From the human T2T-CHM13v2.0 reference genome, Homo sapiens, in NCBI RefSeq assembly GCF_009914755.1, contig NC_060929.1: 64,000 nucleotides of DNA. The stretch is one strand, 5' to 3'. Below the pieces are notes generated by a model. It searched no databases, had not been told where the DNA came from, and saw nothing but the letters and a program-made list of their open reading frames with translations. Below are positions 43,470-56,100 of the stretch, one piece after another. The translations under genes were made by a program, and so were the position numbers. Every line of letters starts with the position of its first letter. Position 1 is the first letter of the stretch.

Positions 43470-44420
43470 AATGAACTACAGCCAAATCATGAAAATCCTT
43501 ATAAGCGATATTAAGGGATTTAGACTTTTTAAAATTATAATCTGTATTTACTAAGGCTAAGAAATGATAAGATTTGTGTTATAGAAATAACACTTTTCTG
43601 CAGTGTAGACAACGCTTAAAGCAAGCTAATACCAGAGACAAGCCAGGAGGTAAGAGGTGATGGTAGACGGAATTGAGAGAGTTGCAGTATAATTAGACAG
43701 TAGTTGATAGATTTGAAAGGCCTTAAGTTCATAAGGTGGACAGGGTTTTTCATTAATAGAATGTCAGAGTGGAAATACAGTGAAACACCAAACACTACAC
43801 TCAGGAAGAAGACTTGAGCAAATTAGTGAATAGTGGTACCATTGGCTGATAAAGAAAGCAGATTTAGATTATGATAAATTTTAGGTAGCTGTAGGATAGC
43901 AAACTAGAGCTATCTGGAGGCACCTAGTTAAGCCCTGGAACAAAGGAGGAATTTAGGGCAGAGATCTAGGTCTAGATCTCTAGGAGTCATGAGCATATAG
44001 ATGACAGTAAGAGCCATAGAAGTATATGAGATGATCTAGAAAGACCCTATAGACTGAAAAGAAAAGAGCACCTGGGACCAAACCTGGGGGAACATCAATG
44101 TTTAAGGAATTTATGGGCAGAAGAGACCAAGAGGGGGTAGTCAAAGGTGGTCTAGTGATTAGAAACTAAAGGAATAGTTTCAAAGAAGCAGTGGTCAGTA
44201 ATGTAAAGTGCTACTGAAAAATCAAGAAAAAGAAGGCCCTGAGTATGCATAGCATGTAACCACAACGAAGCTAGAGCAGTTTCAATAAAGTAATGGGGGC
44301 AAAATCATATTAATATTATGGAGGGCCAAGAAAGGAGGTGAAGTAATAGAAACAGAGAATGGGGTGATATCTGGAAGGGGCTCAAAGGTAAGATTTTTTA
44401 ATGCTCAGATGCTAATGGAG
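43470..44420 (-). mobile_element. L2 fragment(s)
   Basis: GGAGTCATGAGCATATAGATG...CCTGGGGGAACATCAATGTTTAAG. Confidence 0.75.
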
Positions 44421-45229
44421 TCCATGGAGAAGAGGAGGTAGACCACACTTGGTAAGTAAATTATGCTAAACTGAGACCCAGCCAGTTATTTCTCCTAGGC
44501 CATAAATCACAGGAATATCATAGTGTTTTTTGAAAACTGCCAAGCTATGTGGATTTCATGCTTGTTACATCATGATGAAGCTTGGTATAGCCCCTTACTC
44601 TCTCCAAAAGTCAATCAGAACTGTAGACTTACTATTTCTCAATCAATCAAAAATATATACACAATTAAATTGAATCTGATCTTTATTACCTTCTGAGAGA
44701 CACTTGTGTTTTTAAATCTGCTGGCAGTTCAGTGTTACACAGATTTTCTTAGTGACGGTTTCTATGAAAACACTTTAAAATGCAATTTACTGCTGTGATC
44801 AGTAATGGGGGAGGCTGTAAAATTTCCACTGTTCTAAATTCTACTCCCTTTGCTCTGTCATGCCTGGACTGTCATTTTTGTAAACCATTGTCTTCTTGTT
44901 GGAATTTTCTGCTGGAGTGTACATTGCTGTTGCTAGTGTTTTATTCGATCACTGGCGATGAGTTCTGTTTTTTTTTTCTGATATCGAGCATTTCAAACTG
45001 TTCCCTAATGAGTCTGCCTCTGTGCTCCAGTGCTGTTAACTTCAATAGATTTCCTATTGTGAGGATATGCTTCCAAAAAATAATTGACTTATTTTCCTTA
45101 GTGACTTTCCATTTTTATGGAATTTTCATTATTTCTAAAATTGTGGATTTTAGTTTACCTACCCAGAACTTCTCTGATACAAATTTAGTTTCAAAGTTTA
45201 AGTGGCATTTGAATACTGGGGACTTGAGA

Positions 45230-45500
45230 ACTTTGATGCATTTATTCAGCAAACATGTATTGAGAACTACTGTATAGCAGCATCTACCTCGGTTTTGAGG
45301 TTCCAACTCACATAAGAAGTTCTGCACGAAGCTGACATTTGAGACAGAGTCAGACAAAGCTATGATTACTATTCAGTGAGATACGTGACGAATATTGCTA
45401 TGGTATCATAGAAAAGCCTTTCTGAAAGTAACAATGCTGGAGTTAGGTTTTGAAGAATGCATAGGATTTAGCTAGATGAAGAAGGGAGAGAGCTAAGTTA
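45230..45500 (-). mobile_element. L2 3' end
   Basis: CATTTATTCAGCAAACATGTATTGAGAACTACTGT. Confidence 0.75.
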
Positions 45501-45545
45501 AAAGAAAAAAGAAAAAAAAACAGGCGTGTATCTATTTTTTAAATA

Positions 45546-45874
45546 GGCTGGGCACGGTGGCTCATGCCTGTAACCCCTCAGCACTTTGGGAGCCTGAGGT
45601 GGGAAAATTGCTTGAGCCCAGGACTTAGAGACCAGCCTGGGCAACATGATGAAACCCCGTCTCTACAAAAAAAATACCAAAAAATTAGCCGGGCTTGGTG
45701 GCACATGCCTGTAGGTCCCATATACTGGGGGTCAGAAGTCGGGGTCGGGGCAGTTGAGGTAGATGAATCACCTGAACCCGGAAGTCAAAGCTGCAGTGAG
45801 CTCTAATCAGAACACTTCACTCCAGCCTGGGTGACAGAGTGAGACACTGTCTCAAAAAATAATAAAAATAAAAA
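45546..45874 (+). mobile_element. AluJ-like
   Basis: GGCTGGGCACGGTGGCTCATGCC...TGCTTGAGCCCAGG...GCTGCAGTGAGC; short G-rich insertion in the right arm. Confidence 0.93.
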
Positions 45875-45959
45875 TTAGTCTATATTTTATATAAAGAAGC
45901 TGGGAGTCTGTGAAATGAGTTAGAAAAAAATGATGGCAGGGAGAATGCTTCACTTAAGA

Positions 45960-46915
45960 ATACCAATCTTCTCCTAGAATTATAGCCTCCATTTTGTCAT
46001 TCAATCTACCATTTACTTTTGCTTTGATATTCTTTTAAATCTCAGCTCTGTTCATCATACCTCTCTTGAGAAATCTTTAGTGGCTCAACATTGCCTTCGG
46101 ATGATAGCTAGCATTCGAGACTCTCCAGAATCTAGCTTGAGTGTCTTCATTAATTTAGGGCCTACTGATCCTCTCAAAAATTGAAGTACTCGTTGTTCCC
46201 TGAACTCACTTCTCACTTTCTTATCTCCACCTCTGCTCAGGTTATACCTTCTACTTAGAATGCTCTTCCTTTCTGTCTGCCTTTTCTGCCATATCTTAGA
46301 ATCATACCTATTCTTAGAACCTAAAATATCTGAAATAATTATTAGTATGTTCATGAATACCAATAATGAAAGTCATTTAAAATAATTATTAAAATAATTT
46401 TAAATTCAGTCATTAAAAAGAATTTTATGGGATTATTATGAAAAGATATATTGCTAGATAAAACAAAAGGGATATAATATAGTATGTTTAATCACATTTT
46501 TTAAAAATAAACTGCTGAGCAAACTTTAGGCATATTCAACCTGGTATTAACAGTCATTATCTCTGGCCAGTTGGGTAAAAGCTACTCTTCTCCCTACCCC
46601 TGTTTTGGCTTTTCTATATTTTATCAGTAAACTTCTTGTGCTTTTACAGTAAGAAAACAAAATAATAGATGTTATTTTCAACTTTTAAAATAGTTCTAAA
46701 AACCCTACTCTTCTTTCAAGCGGCTCAACTTAGTCTTTCCTTCACAGATTTTCCTGCCATTCACCAATCAGAAATAATCTTTACCTTTTCTATCACATAT
46801 TTTTGTGTTTATAGCAGCATCTCTCATTCTATGATTATATTTTAATTACATGCTAGAACTCCCACAGTAACCAGTTGGTACCATGAACAGGGATCACTCT
46901 GTTGAATGAATGAAT
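45960..46915 (+). mobile_element. L2 fragments flanking an ancient L1M piece
   Basis: CTTCTACTTAGAATGCTCTTCC; terminal TGTTGAATGAATGAA. Confidence 0.55.
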
Positions 46916-48717
46916 TCATGCTGATGGCAATTTGAAGTAGTTATTTTCTTTAAAGGGCTTAAAACCTTATTAGAGAGACAATACATGTCAAGAAAAATAT
47001 AAAATAGATGTTAATTTATAAGACAATAATTGTCAAGTAGTATATAAATGTGGGGTGTATAGTACGGTCAGTACTAAAGGACTTCTTTAAACACTGTCAG
47101 TAGAATCCTCTTTCATAAAATGAGATTCAGGGATTATGGCTGAGATAGGTGCCAAAAGGAAGTAGTTTTACTTGGAAAAATACTTCAGGAACATTTGAAG
47201 GTCAAAATTATGAATGCAGAGGCACAGACTAGAGTCTGCGAATAGTCGCAGCCCACCCTCCCCAGGCCTCTCATAGAGGCTCTGCACAAAAATAGTCTGT
47301 GGCAGCAGTAATCTACTAAGCAGATGATCTGCACTGATAAAAAACCATTGACTAGTTTTGATTTACCTACCTTTTCTGTTTTCTTAGTGATGGTTATTAA
47401 AGTGACAAAGAGAAAGACTACATTTGGTGGGGGTGGGGATCCCAACTTAAACCTTGTAAGAGCATCTGCTGGGAGGAAAGAAATGAACCAGAGATATCTT
47501 TTTGTCTCAAATCAAGTAAATATTTAGTGAAAGATTGGAATGTCATTCATGCTTACTACATTCAGATGTAGTATAAGAAAAACAAGGCATCCCGAATAGA
47601 TTTCTTCCCCTAAAATTAAAAATTAGCCTATGGAACTATACAGGTAACTCTTAGGATTCAGTCAGATTCCAGACTTAGTGATACTGACTGGCACATCTGC
47701 AGACTTCATGGGAAGAAACAGTGATGAATCAAACGACAGGGATGAAAAGAGATTCATGAGGCATCCTGTCCACCAGGAAACCTTGCTGCATCCTAAATGC
47801 AAACTGGTTCAGTTCATTTTCTCTCATCTCCTTTCTCTATTAGTATATCAATAACTTTTCTTGAAGAAATATATACATAATTGCAAATGGTGTTGTCAGT
47901 GTTTCATAAGAAGAAAATTCCTGTTCTGGAAGCATCCAGTCGTAACTTGCTGTGCAAAATACTATGTCTTCCCTACTTTATTCATTCTTAGAGCTATTAA
48001 ATTTCGGTTCTCTGTGCTAAATAAATTCATCCAATCCTGGTTCAAGTAACCTCCTTCTTAGGTCTAGATACTGTTTTCATTACTGTTGCCTTTAATTTTG
48101 TCTAATTGTAAAATGCCGAAGTAGACACAATTTGGCAGCCCTTGAGAAGCACTGCCTGCTCTTCTCTGAGTCTGTTTTTGTAAGCAGAATGTCAACTGTC
48201 TGGGTCATAGAAGAAGAAACAAACCAACCTTTGGGACCAGACCAATTGTGTAGCTGTATAAAAACACCTAGAGAATTTTTCTATCTAAATTCTGAATTTA
48301 AGATGAAAATAGACCTCTAGTACCTGAACTTTCTCTTGGGAATCTGAAAGACTGATGACGGATGCTACATGTGGGAGTTGGAGAAAAGCCACACCTTGAT
48401 ATATTATCTTATTCTTTGCCATTCTTAGCATAATGACCTTTTTTCAAATTCTGTCTCTCCAAGGTGCACTAAAAGCTTTTGAGTACTTGTCATACATAAA
48501 CACTAAATGCAAAGATCAAGAGAAAGTAATGTGTAAGATTAAAAATAGGAGCAATGGCTTAAAGTAAGATGCTGAATGTTGTTAATGTATTCCTCTTACA
48601 GCTTCGTTGTTTATAAAAGGTTCTTTATTTAAATATCCTTTTCAAATAGTGTCTGTAGGATGCTTCTGTAAGTAATATTTGTAGATTTAAAATTATGAGG
48701 CCATAAGTATCTTGAAA

Positions 48718-49570
48718 TATTATTTTAAGTTCAGGGGTATATGTGCAGGTTTGTTAGATTGGTAAACTTGTGTCATGGGGGTTTATTGTACACAGTATTT
48801 TGTCACCCAGGTATTAAGTCTAGTACCCACTAGACTTACTGGGTTATTTTTCCTGACCCTCTCCCTCCTCCCACCCTTCATAAGCCCAAGTGTGTATTGT
48901 TCCCCTCTATGTATCCATGTGTTCTCATCGTTTAGCTCCCACTTATAAGCGAGAATATGTGGTATTTGGTTTTCTCTTCCTGCATTAGTTTGCTAAGGAT
49001 GTTCCTTCAAAGGACAGGATCTCATTCCTTTTTACAGCTACATAGCATTCCATGATGTATATGTACCACATTTTCTTTATCCAGTCTACCATTAATGGGC
49101 ATTTAGGTTGATTCCATATCTTTGCTATTGTGAATAGTGAGGCAGTGAATATACGCGTATATGTGTATTTATGGTAGAACGATTTTATTCCTTTGGGTAT
49201 ATGCCCATTATGGGTATATTAGACCCCAGTGCAACCCCAATGTGATTGCTTGGTCTAATGGTAGCTCTGTTTCTAGGTCTTTGAGGAATCGCCACACTGT
49301 CTTCCACAATTATTGAACTATTTACACTCCAACCAACAGTGTATAAACCTTCCTTTCTCTCTACAACCTCACTAGCATCTGTTACTTACTTTTTAATAGC
49401 CATTCCGACTGGTGTGAGAGGGTATCTCATTGTGGTTTTAATTTGCATTTCTCTATCAATGATGAGTTTTTCATATGCTTGTTGGCCATATGTATGTTGT
49501 CTTTTGAAAAGTCTGTTCATGTCCTATACCTACTTTTTAACAGAGTTGTTTGGTTTTTTCTTGTAAATGT
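48718..49570 (-). mobile_element. Old L1PA (about L1PA13-16) 3' end
   Basis: AAGTTCAGGGGTATATGTGCAGGTTTG...GCTCCCACTTATAAGCGAGAA...GAGGAATCGCCACACTG. Confidence 0.92.
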
Positions 49571-50299
49571 TTCTTAGTGGTCTAAAATATGTATGTACTT
49601 TTTCAGGAATGCTTTACTCTCAAGTCATTTTTGTACTGTTAATAGCTTTTAAAACAAATAGGGAATCTCCAAATGAGTAACATTTCATGGTATAACTCAG
49701 TCTGTTTCGTAAGAGTTCTTTCGTTTGAAAGAATTAGTCATTATAATCCCATAAGACAGTCATATCATTATTTGGATATTAATAGAAATGCCATTTTTTC
49801 CATGGGATAATATCTTAAAATACAAAAATAGTTTATTGAATTTTACTTGTACTGTGTTACCAAAAATAAAGGCCAAAATGAAAAGCTAAGTGCCATCTAG
49901 ATCCTGTTTGTATTAGAAAAGGCTACATTAGAGCCTCACATTCCCCAGCAAGCCTTTTTCTCTCACAAATACGGTCCACAAGGGTGCTGGTCTTATGGAA
50001 ATGACTGAACAAAAATCCCACCAAGATAATTTTTAGAAAGCAGAAAACTTAACTTATCCTCAGAAGCATTTTAATACATTTATTTTCTGGAGTTTAACTT
50101 AAATTTGACTGTGTGGCCCCTGTTTTGCAATCCCATGTAAAGAAATCCACAGTAACATGCCATCCCAAGTTCTTTATTAGTAACACCAGTAACTTTATAA
50201 TTTTATATAGTTACAAATAGATATTTACTCAGGAAAAATAACAGATTCACACAAGACTTGCATATTATATATTTGTAAGAATCTTAAGGTGCCTATTTT

Positions 50300-51066
50300 T
50301 TTAATCACCTTTATTGCACTATAAATACAATAAAATGCACCAATTTTAAGGTACAGTTTGATGAGTCTTGCCAAATACATATAGTCATGTCATGTAATCA
50401 TTACCACACTTCCATCATCCCCAAAAGTTCCCTCACACTGTTTTGCAGTCAGTATCCTTTTCCTATCTCTGGCCCTAGGGAACCACTCATCTGTCACTGT
50501 AGCTTAGATGTTTCTAAAATTGCATTTACATCGAGCTATGATCTCTAATGTCTAAATGATCGACATTTAGATCATTTCATTAGAACAAAACATATGCAGT
50601 ATGTTTTGTTCTAGCTTTCTTTTTTGTAACTTATAATGCTTTTCAGATCTGTCCATATTATTGCGTATGTTAGTTTATGCTTTTTTATTTCTGAGTATTT
50701 CATTGTATGAATATATTACAGATTGTTTTCCAATCTCCAGTTGATAAACAGGTGGGTTATTTCCAGTTTAGGGCCATTATGAAGAAAGCTGCTCTGAATA
50801 GTCATATGTAAGTCTTTGTGTCAGTGTGTTATTTTTCTTGAGAAAATATCTAGAAGGTGAGTGGCTGGGTTCTATGGAAAAAAATTACATTTAGCTTTAT
50901 AAGAAACTACAAAACTGTTTTCCAAAGTGGTTGTTCCACTTTGTGTTCTCACCAACAATGTATGACAGCTGCTATTTCTTCATGTCTTTGTCAACACTTG
51001 TTACCGTCAGTCTTGAGTTTTAGTCATTCTGGTGGGTATGTGCAGTGATATCTCATTGTGGTTTAC
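50300..51066 (-). mobile_element. L1MB/L1MC-type 3' end
   Basis: ATACAATAAAATGCACCAATTTTAAG...CTGTTTTCCAAAGTGGTTG...ATCTCATTGTGGTTT. Confidence 0.85.
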
Positions 51067-51067
51067 A

Positions 51068-51193
51068 TTTTTTTAAAATTAGAGACAGGATCCCACTGTG
51101 TTGCCCAGGCTGGTCTTGAACTCCTGCGCTCGATCCTCCTGCCTCGGCTTCCTAGAGTGGTGGGATTACAGGCATGAGCTACTGCACCCGGCC
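51068..51193 (-). mobile_element. FLAM / Alu left monomer
   Basis: AGAGACAGG...GTTGCCCAGGCTGGTCTTGAACTCCTG...GGGATTACAGGCATGAGC...CCCGGCC. Confidence 0.9.
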
Positions 51194-52499
51194 TAAAAAT
51201 TTTTGAATAAAATACTAAACATTTTTTTAAAAACATTTCTGCTACTTAGTGTATTCTTTGATCATCTAACATAAATATGATTTGGAATATAAGGAAAACC
51301 TTAATACACTATTCTGGATGTCTGATAGGGTTTTAGACAATAACTTCATGGCAGTTTGATGAGGTTTATTTGTCTATTCTATAGCTAATAGATTATGAAA
51401 ACATTCAGAAAATAAAGTGAATTCCTTATTGCATAGTGGTTGTTTTGCCTATTGTTGTATTAGTAGTCAGTCACCCAAATACCTAAGCTGCATAAAACCT
51501 AAACCAGTTAACATTTAAAAATAATGTTTGAGATTATAGCTGGAAAGTCCTAGTGGATTGGCTCATTCTTTCTCAGAGTCACATTTGCTCCCAGTAAGGT
51601 GTTTTCAGAGGCCTTCGTCAGTCTTGCTTCAAATAAGCTGAGCAGTGAAGCAGACACAACTTCCCCAAAATGACATCAGTGCCTTTTTAATAATTAGACC
51701 CCACGCTGGCATAGTGTGTTACTCCATAATTGCTGATTGTTTTCACATGGATAGAATTTGAATGACCCTGTCTTCCATTAGTGATAGTATTAAGATAGTC
51801 CAAGGTGGCCTCCATTTTTCTTTACTATTGTTAACTAAGTTGCTCTTTGCTTAGAAGGAGGTCCTCTGGTCCTTGTTTAATACTTGCTTCTAATGCTGCC
51901 TACTCCATTTGTGCTGATACTGCTGACATTCCATCTATTACATGTTTTATACATTGCTCCTTTCTGAATCATGTCTATATCTGTATTGAATTGTGTTTCT
52001 TTTATTCTTGCTCTTAACTATGTGTCTTGATTCTTGTTGTTTTCACTATATTTGCTGCATTTGCCATTTAGTATCATTAACATATCTTTTTCATGAATTC
52101 CACCTTTTAGAAATATGGTTCCTTTTATTCTAATTGATGCCTTTTCCTCAAATTTCATTTCCTGATAGCAATATTGTCACACCTTCTGTTTGGTAGCATA
52201 TACTAAACAGTCTTGCCTTTTACATCCTAATCCTTATTTTCATGTATGTGAACAGGAGAGCAACTTTGGCATATTTTTACTTTTCACTTCCTCCCTTCCA
52301 CTTAGCATGTTGACGCCATCTAAAATTTTGTCTCCATTTTTTAAACAGATGAATCAACAATTATGTAGTCGTAATTGTCTCACTTCTTTGCTCCTGTTTT
52401 TCCTCCCCATCTCTTCCCCTTTTGTAGATTCCCTTTTTACATTATAAGGAATAGATCCTTGAGTAATTCTTTTTTATGTGTGCTATTTGATGATGTATT

Positions 52500-52635
52500 A
52501 TTTAACTAGGTCCTATCAGAGGAACATAAAAGTTCCATGAGGACATGAATTCTTGTCTTTTGTTGTTCCCTGCCTTGCCTAGAACAGTGCCTGGCAAATA
52601 GTAAGTGCTACATATATATTTTTTGAATGAATAAA
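52500..52635 (+). mobile_element. L2 3' end
   Basis: GCCTAGAACAGTGCCTGGCAAATAGTAAGTGCT...TTGAATGAATAAAT. Confidence 0.85.
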
Positions 52636-52869
52636 TTGTTTATGGAAACAATTATAAATTGTCAATCACATGTTACTACTTTCTGACACCAGGTATACCC
52701 CTACAAGAGGTGATCATTATTGATGACTCAGGGTCCTCATTATCTCTATTGCTCTAATTTGAGTGCCTCTAAATTAAATAGTTTCAATATGCCAGGTTTA
52801 AATTTTTCTTCTCTTTATATCAGACTAAAAGTGGTAGTAGTAGAATCCTCGGAGTATGGCATTTGCTGG

Positions 52870-53043
52870 CGCCAGAGGTATTCCAAGAAGCAGTTCCTAG
52901 AAGATGTTAACCAAAGGTCATCAGATCCAGAGAGGAAGGAAAGGAGACAACATGATTTTCAGAGGGAGGAACTATCCTCAGATGAGGGAAGGGTCACTTT
53001 TAGGGAAATAAAGTGCACACCACACAGGTGGGAGGAGGGAACT

Positions 53044-53095
<52 letters not shown>

Positions 53096-53690
53096 CACAC
53101 ATATATATCACAGACTCAGTCTTATGTACATATTGAGCAGAGTTGGGGAAAATCTATGACTATTCATGAGGGAAATCAGGCACTTGCATAGTGGGTGGTA
53201 AACATATGTAACATACATCCCATGTTCATTCTATGGTGGCGTTTTAGTATTAAAGTAAGGTGGAACTTGGCTCTTCATGCCCTGTAATTCACTTATTTGA
53301 CATAAAGGCAATTTGTGTGCAGCCTTCAGCTGACCAAAACTGGCTGTCTATCAATAAACAATGTTTATAAAACAGGTCCTCTGTCTAATTGGAGTTATGG
53401 CAGGACCACAAGGCAGGGGAAAGGGGTTGTCAGCTGGCATCCAGCAGTCTATCAGGGTTGGTTGGGAAAATTTCCAGCTATAGTTGTTTCAGCAATGCTT
53501 CTCAGGAGCTGGTTTCTGCTTGATTACAGGAAAACTTATGGCACAACATTGGGACCAACCCCTCATCCTGCTAGCCATGAGATTTTCTTTTTTTTTTTCA
53601 TTTTCTCATGTTAGCCTAGCCATAGGGTTTCCATCTTGTCTGTCTGTCTGTTGGGGTATATTTTAACAGAGATATGACTTAATAGCCTGG
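52870..53690 (-). mobile_element. ERV1-class LTR (MER31/MER67-like); boundaries uncertain
   Basis: AAACATATGTAACATACATCCCATGTTCA...TTTTAGTATTAAAGTAAGGTGGAACTTGGCTCTT. Confidence 0.55.
53045..53092. repeat. (GT)24 microsatellite
   Basis: Pure GT run. Confidence 0.97.
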
Positions 53691-53971
53691 CAGATGTCAG
53701 TGCACCAAAGCTTGGAAGAGGGAAAATTTAGGTTTGTAACTCATAACAAGCCGGTTAAAATGAGTTCAAAGTTGAAGATGAGAAGCCAAGACAGAAGACA
53801 TTATTACCCCAATGAGAAGGCACCTGCAACAGCTTTCTATCAGGTGTGAATGAGAAAGAAGCAAGTAATTAGCTCTGCTCCCTCCCTGAACAGTGATCAT
53901 TTTTCTTCCATCTCTAACCCCAAGTCTGCCCATTCTTACTGTTGAGCTATCATTTGCACTATTAATCAATC

Positions 53972-54465
53972 TGTTGTCCCAGTTATCTATTGATTCATAA
54001 AATACCACCCCAAAGTATTTTGTCTTATAGTACAGTGTCTCAAAGTATAGTGTCTTAACACACAACTGTTTATTTCTTATTGTTCTGTCAGTTTGGGTCA
54101 ACAGTTTGTGCTGGGCTCAGCTGAATAGTTTTCCACTGTTCTACTCAGGAATCACTTTTGTAGCTTCAGTCATTGGTAGCCTTACTAGGGCTGGAGAGTA
54201 TAACATACCCTCACATTTACATGTCTGGGGCCTTTATGCTGGCTGTAGATTGAGTCCCTCTCATTCGACATGGTTTCTCACCTGGGCTTCTTTACATGGT
54301 ATCAGGAATGTTCCAGAAAGACAAAAGTTGGAAGCTGCAAGGTCTCTTGTGGCCTACACTCCAGAACTTCATACCATCACTTCTACCACATTCTGCTAGG
54401 TTAGCCTAGATACAAAAGGGTAGAGAAGTACAAAATGTTACGGCTTCATTTTTCATATCACACCT
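53972..54465 (-). mobile_element. MLT1-type solo LTR
   Basis: TCCCAGTTATCTATTG...CCACCCCAAA...GGGCTCAGCTG...GGAAGCTGCAAGG...CATCACTTCTACCACATTCT. Confidence 0.8.
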
Positions 54466-55686
54466 GTGAGAGCCTACCTCTCAGCATTACCTTCAAACTT
54501 GAAATTTTCAATATTGCAATTTATGGGTTTGCATAACTATCTCTTCTTATAGAATTGAACTCTTTGAGGGAAGGAATTAGTTTATCTATATCTGCAGTAT
54601 ATAACAGAGGACTTGTTATGAGTAAGATCTCAATAAATGAATGGTGTGCCAGCTGGTTGATACGTACATACATATACATGAATGAATATCCTGTTTTACA
54701 TGGCTAAATTCTGTGATTATAAGATTAACAGAAATGGTACTTTGCAAAAACTCCAAAGTAAATTGGAAGTATGTCTTTTCCATTTTAAAATAGTAGGGGT
54801 TTTTGTGTATATGTCAGTCAATAACCATAGAATGCAGTGTTCCTAGAACATACAAATTCATCTGCATAATAGAGACTTAGTAATGTTTCCTGATTCAGTT
54901 CCCAGATCAAATAACCAGAAATGATCATCTCTTTTCTACACCATCATTGTCAAATATGTTGGACCTTTTATAGTCCAAGTTACATTTTGTCTTTGGCGTG
55001 TATTTAAGGTCAGATTCATTACCATTTGTGCCAAAATAACAAGGTCTTAAAAGTAGTTGCAAATGTAGACCCAAATTACTTTGTAACTACAGTTCTTAAA
55101 CCTTATGTCAGAATTCCTGAGGGCCTTCTGCCAGAATTGGAGTTAACAATGAATGCAACTATATTGCTTGATAGTAAAAATAGCCTACTAGTTCTGCCCC
55201 AGTGTAACCTTACCCTATCTGAATGGGAGTGGTCTGAGGGGGAGGTACTTGTGGACTAGGATTGTTGCCTATAGTCTAGACAAGCAGGGTAGTCAAACCT
55301 AGTGTCCCTTCCAAAGGTAGAAAAGTTTCAGTATGAATGAACAGAAGGAAAAATAGCTGAGGGTAAAGAAATGAACAAATGAATTATATGAGAGAAATCC
55401 AATATTATATTACCTTAAAAGAGGCTCAGAGCAAGAGATGACACTGTCTCTTAGCTTAATTATACCAAATGCCTGAAAGAGTGAACCTGTATGTTTTCTG
55501 AGACCACTCCTGCTTTGGAAGCCTGCAAACCTGAGTGGCCTCACTTTAGGAGACATATTCATACAATATGATGGACTGGACAAATTACAGTATTAATGAC
55601 TAAATGAATTCTAGTAATGTCCCGGTATCTTTTAAGTCATATATTCTTTGGATGTAACAGATCCCGTTAGAAGACTGGGAGTTGAC

Positions 55687-56100
55687 TGTGATATTGTGAA
55701 ATATATATTGGTCTTTGTCCCCTTTTCCTGGCATAAATGACGTCTTTTTATATGCTAATGAGTTGACTGACAGCTGGCAACCCCTAGGGAGCTTCAGGAT
55801 GGGGCCTAGTCACCAGAAAGACCAAGGCATGACTGGAGGGTTGGGACTTTTGTCTCCATCCCCCAATCTCTGGGGAGTGAAGGAGGGCTGAAAGTAAATT
55901 GGTCACCAGTGGTTTAATCAGTCATGCCTGTGTATTGAAGCCTCCATAAAAACCCAAAAGGACAGTGTTTCCAGAGCTTCCAGATAGCTAAAGATGAGGG
56001 AGGTGCTGGAGGGTGGTGCACCCAGAGAGGGCATGGAATCCCCTTCCCCATACCTCTTCATTTGTATTCTTCAAGATATTATTTATCATAAACTGGCATG
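55687..56100 (+). mobile_element. MER21-type LTR, partial
   Basis: TGTGATATTGTGAAATATATATTGGTCTTTG...GCTTCAGGATGGGG...CACCAGAAAGACCAAGGCATG...GAAGCCTCCATAAAAACCC. Confidence 0.85.

Noticed and set aside
43960-43981. Perfect 10-bp inverted repeat AGAGATCTAG-gt-CTAGATCTCT (also an imperfect 13-bp one near 40461-40492)
   Set aside because: Too short and isolated to imply function; the first lies in a decayed L2.
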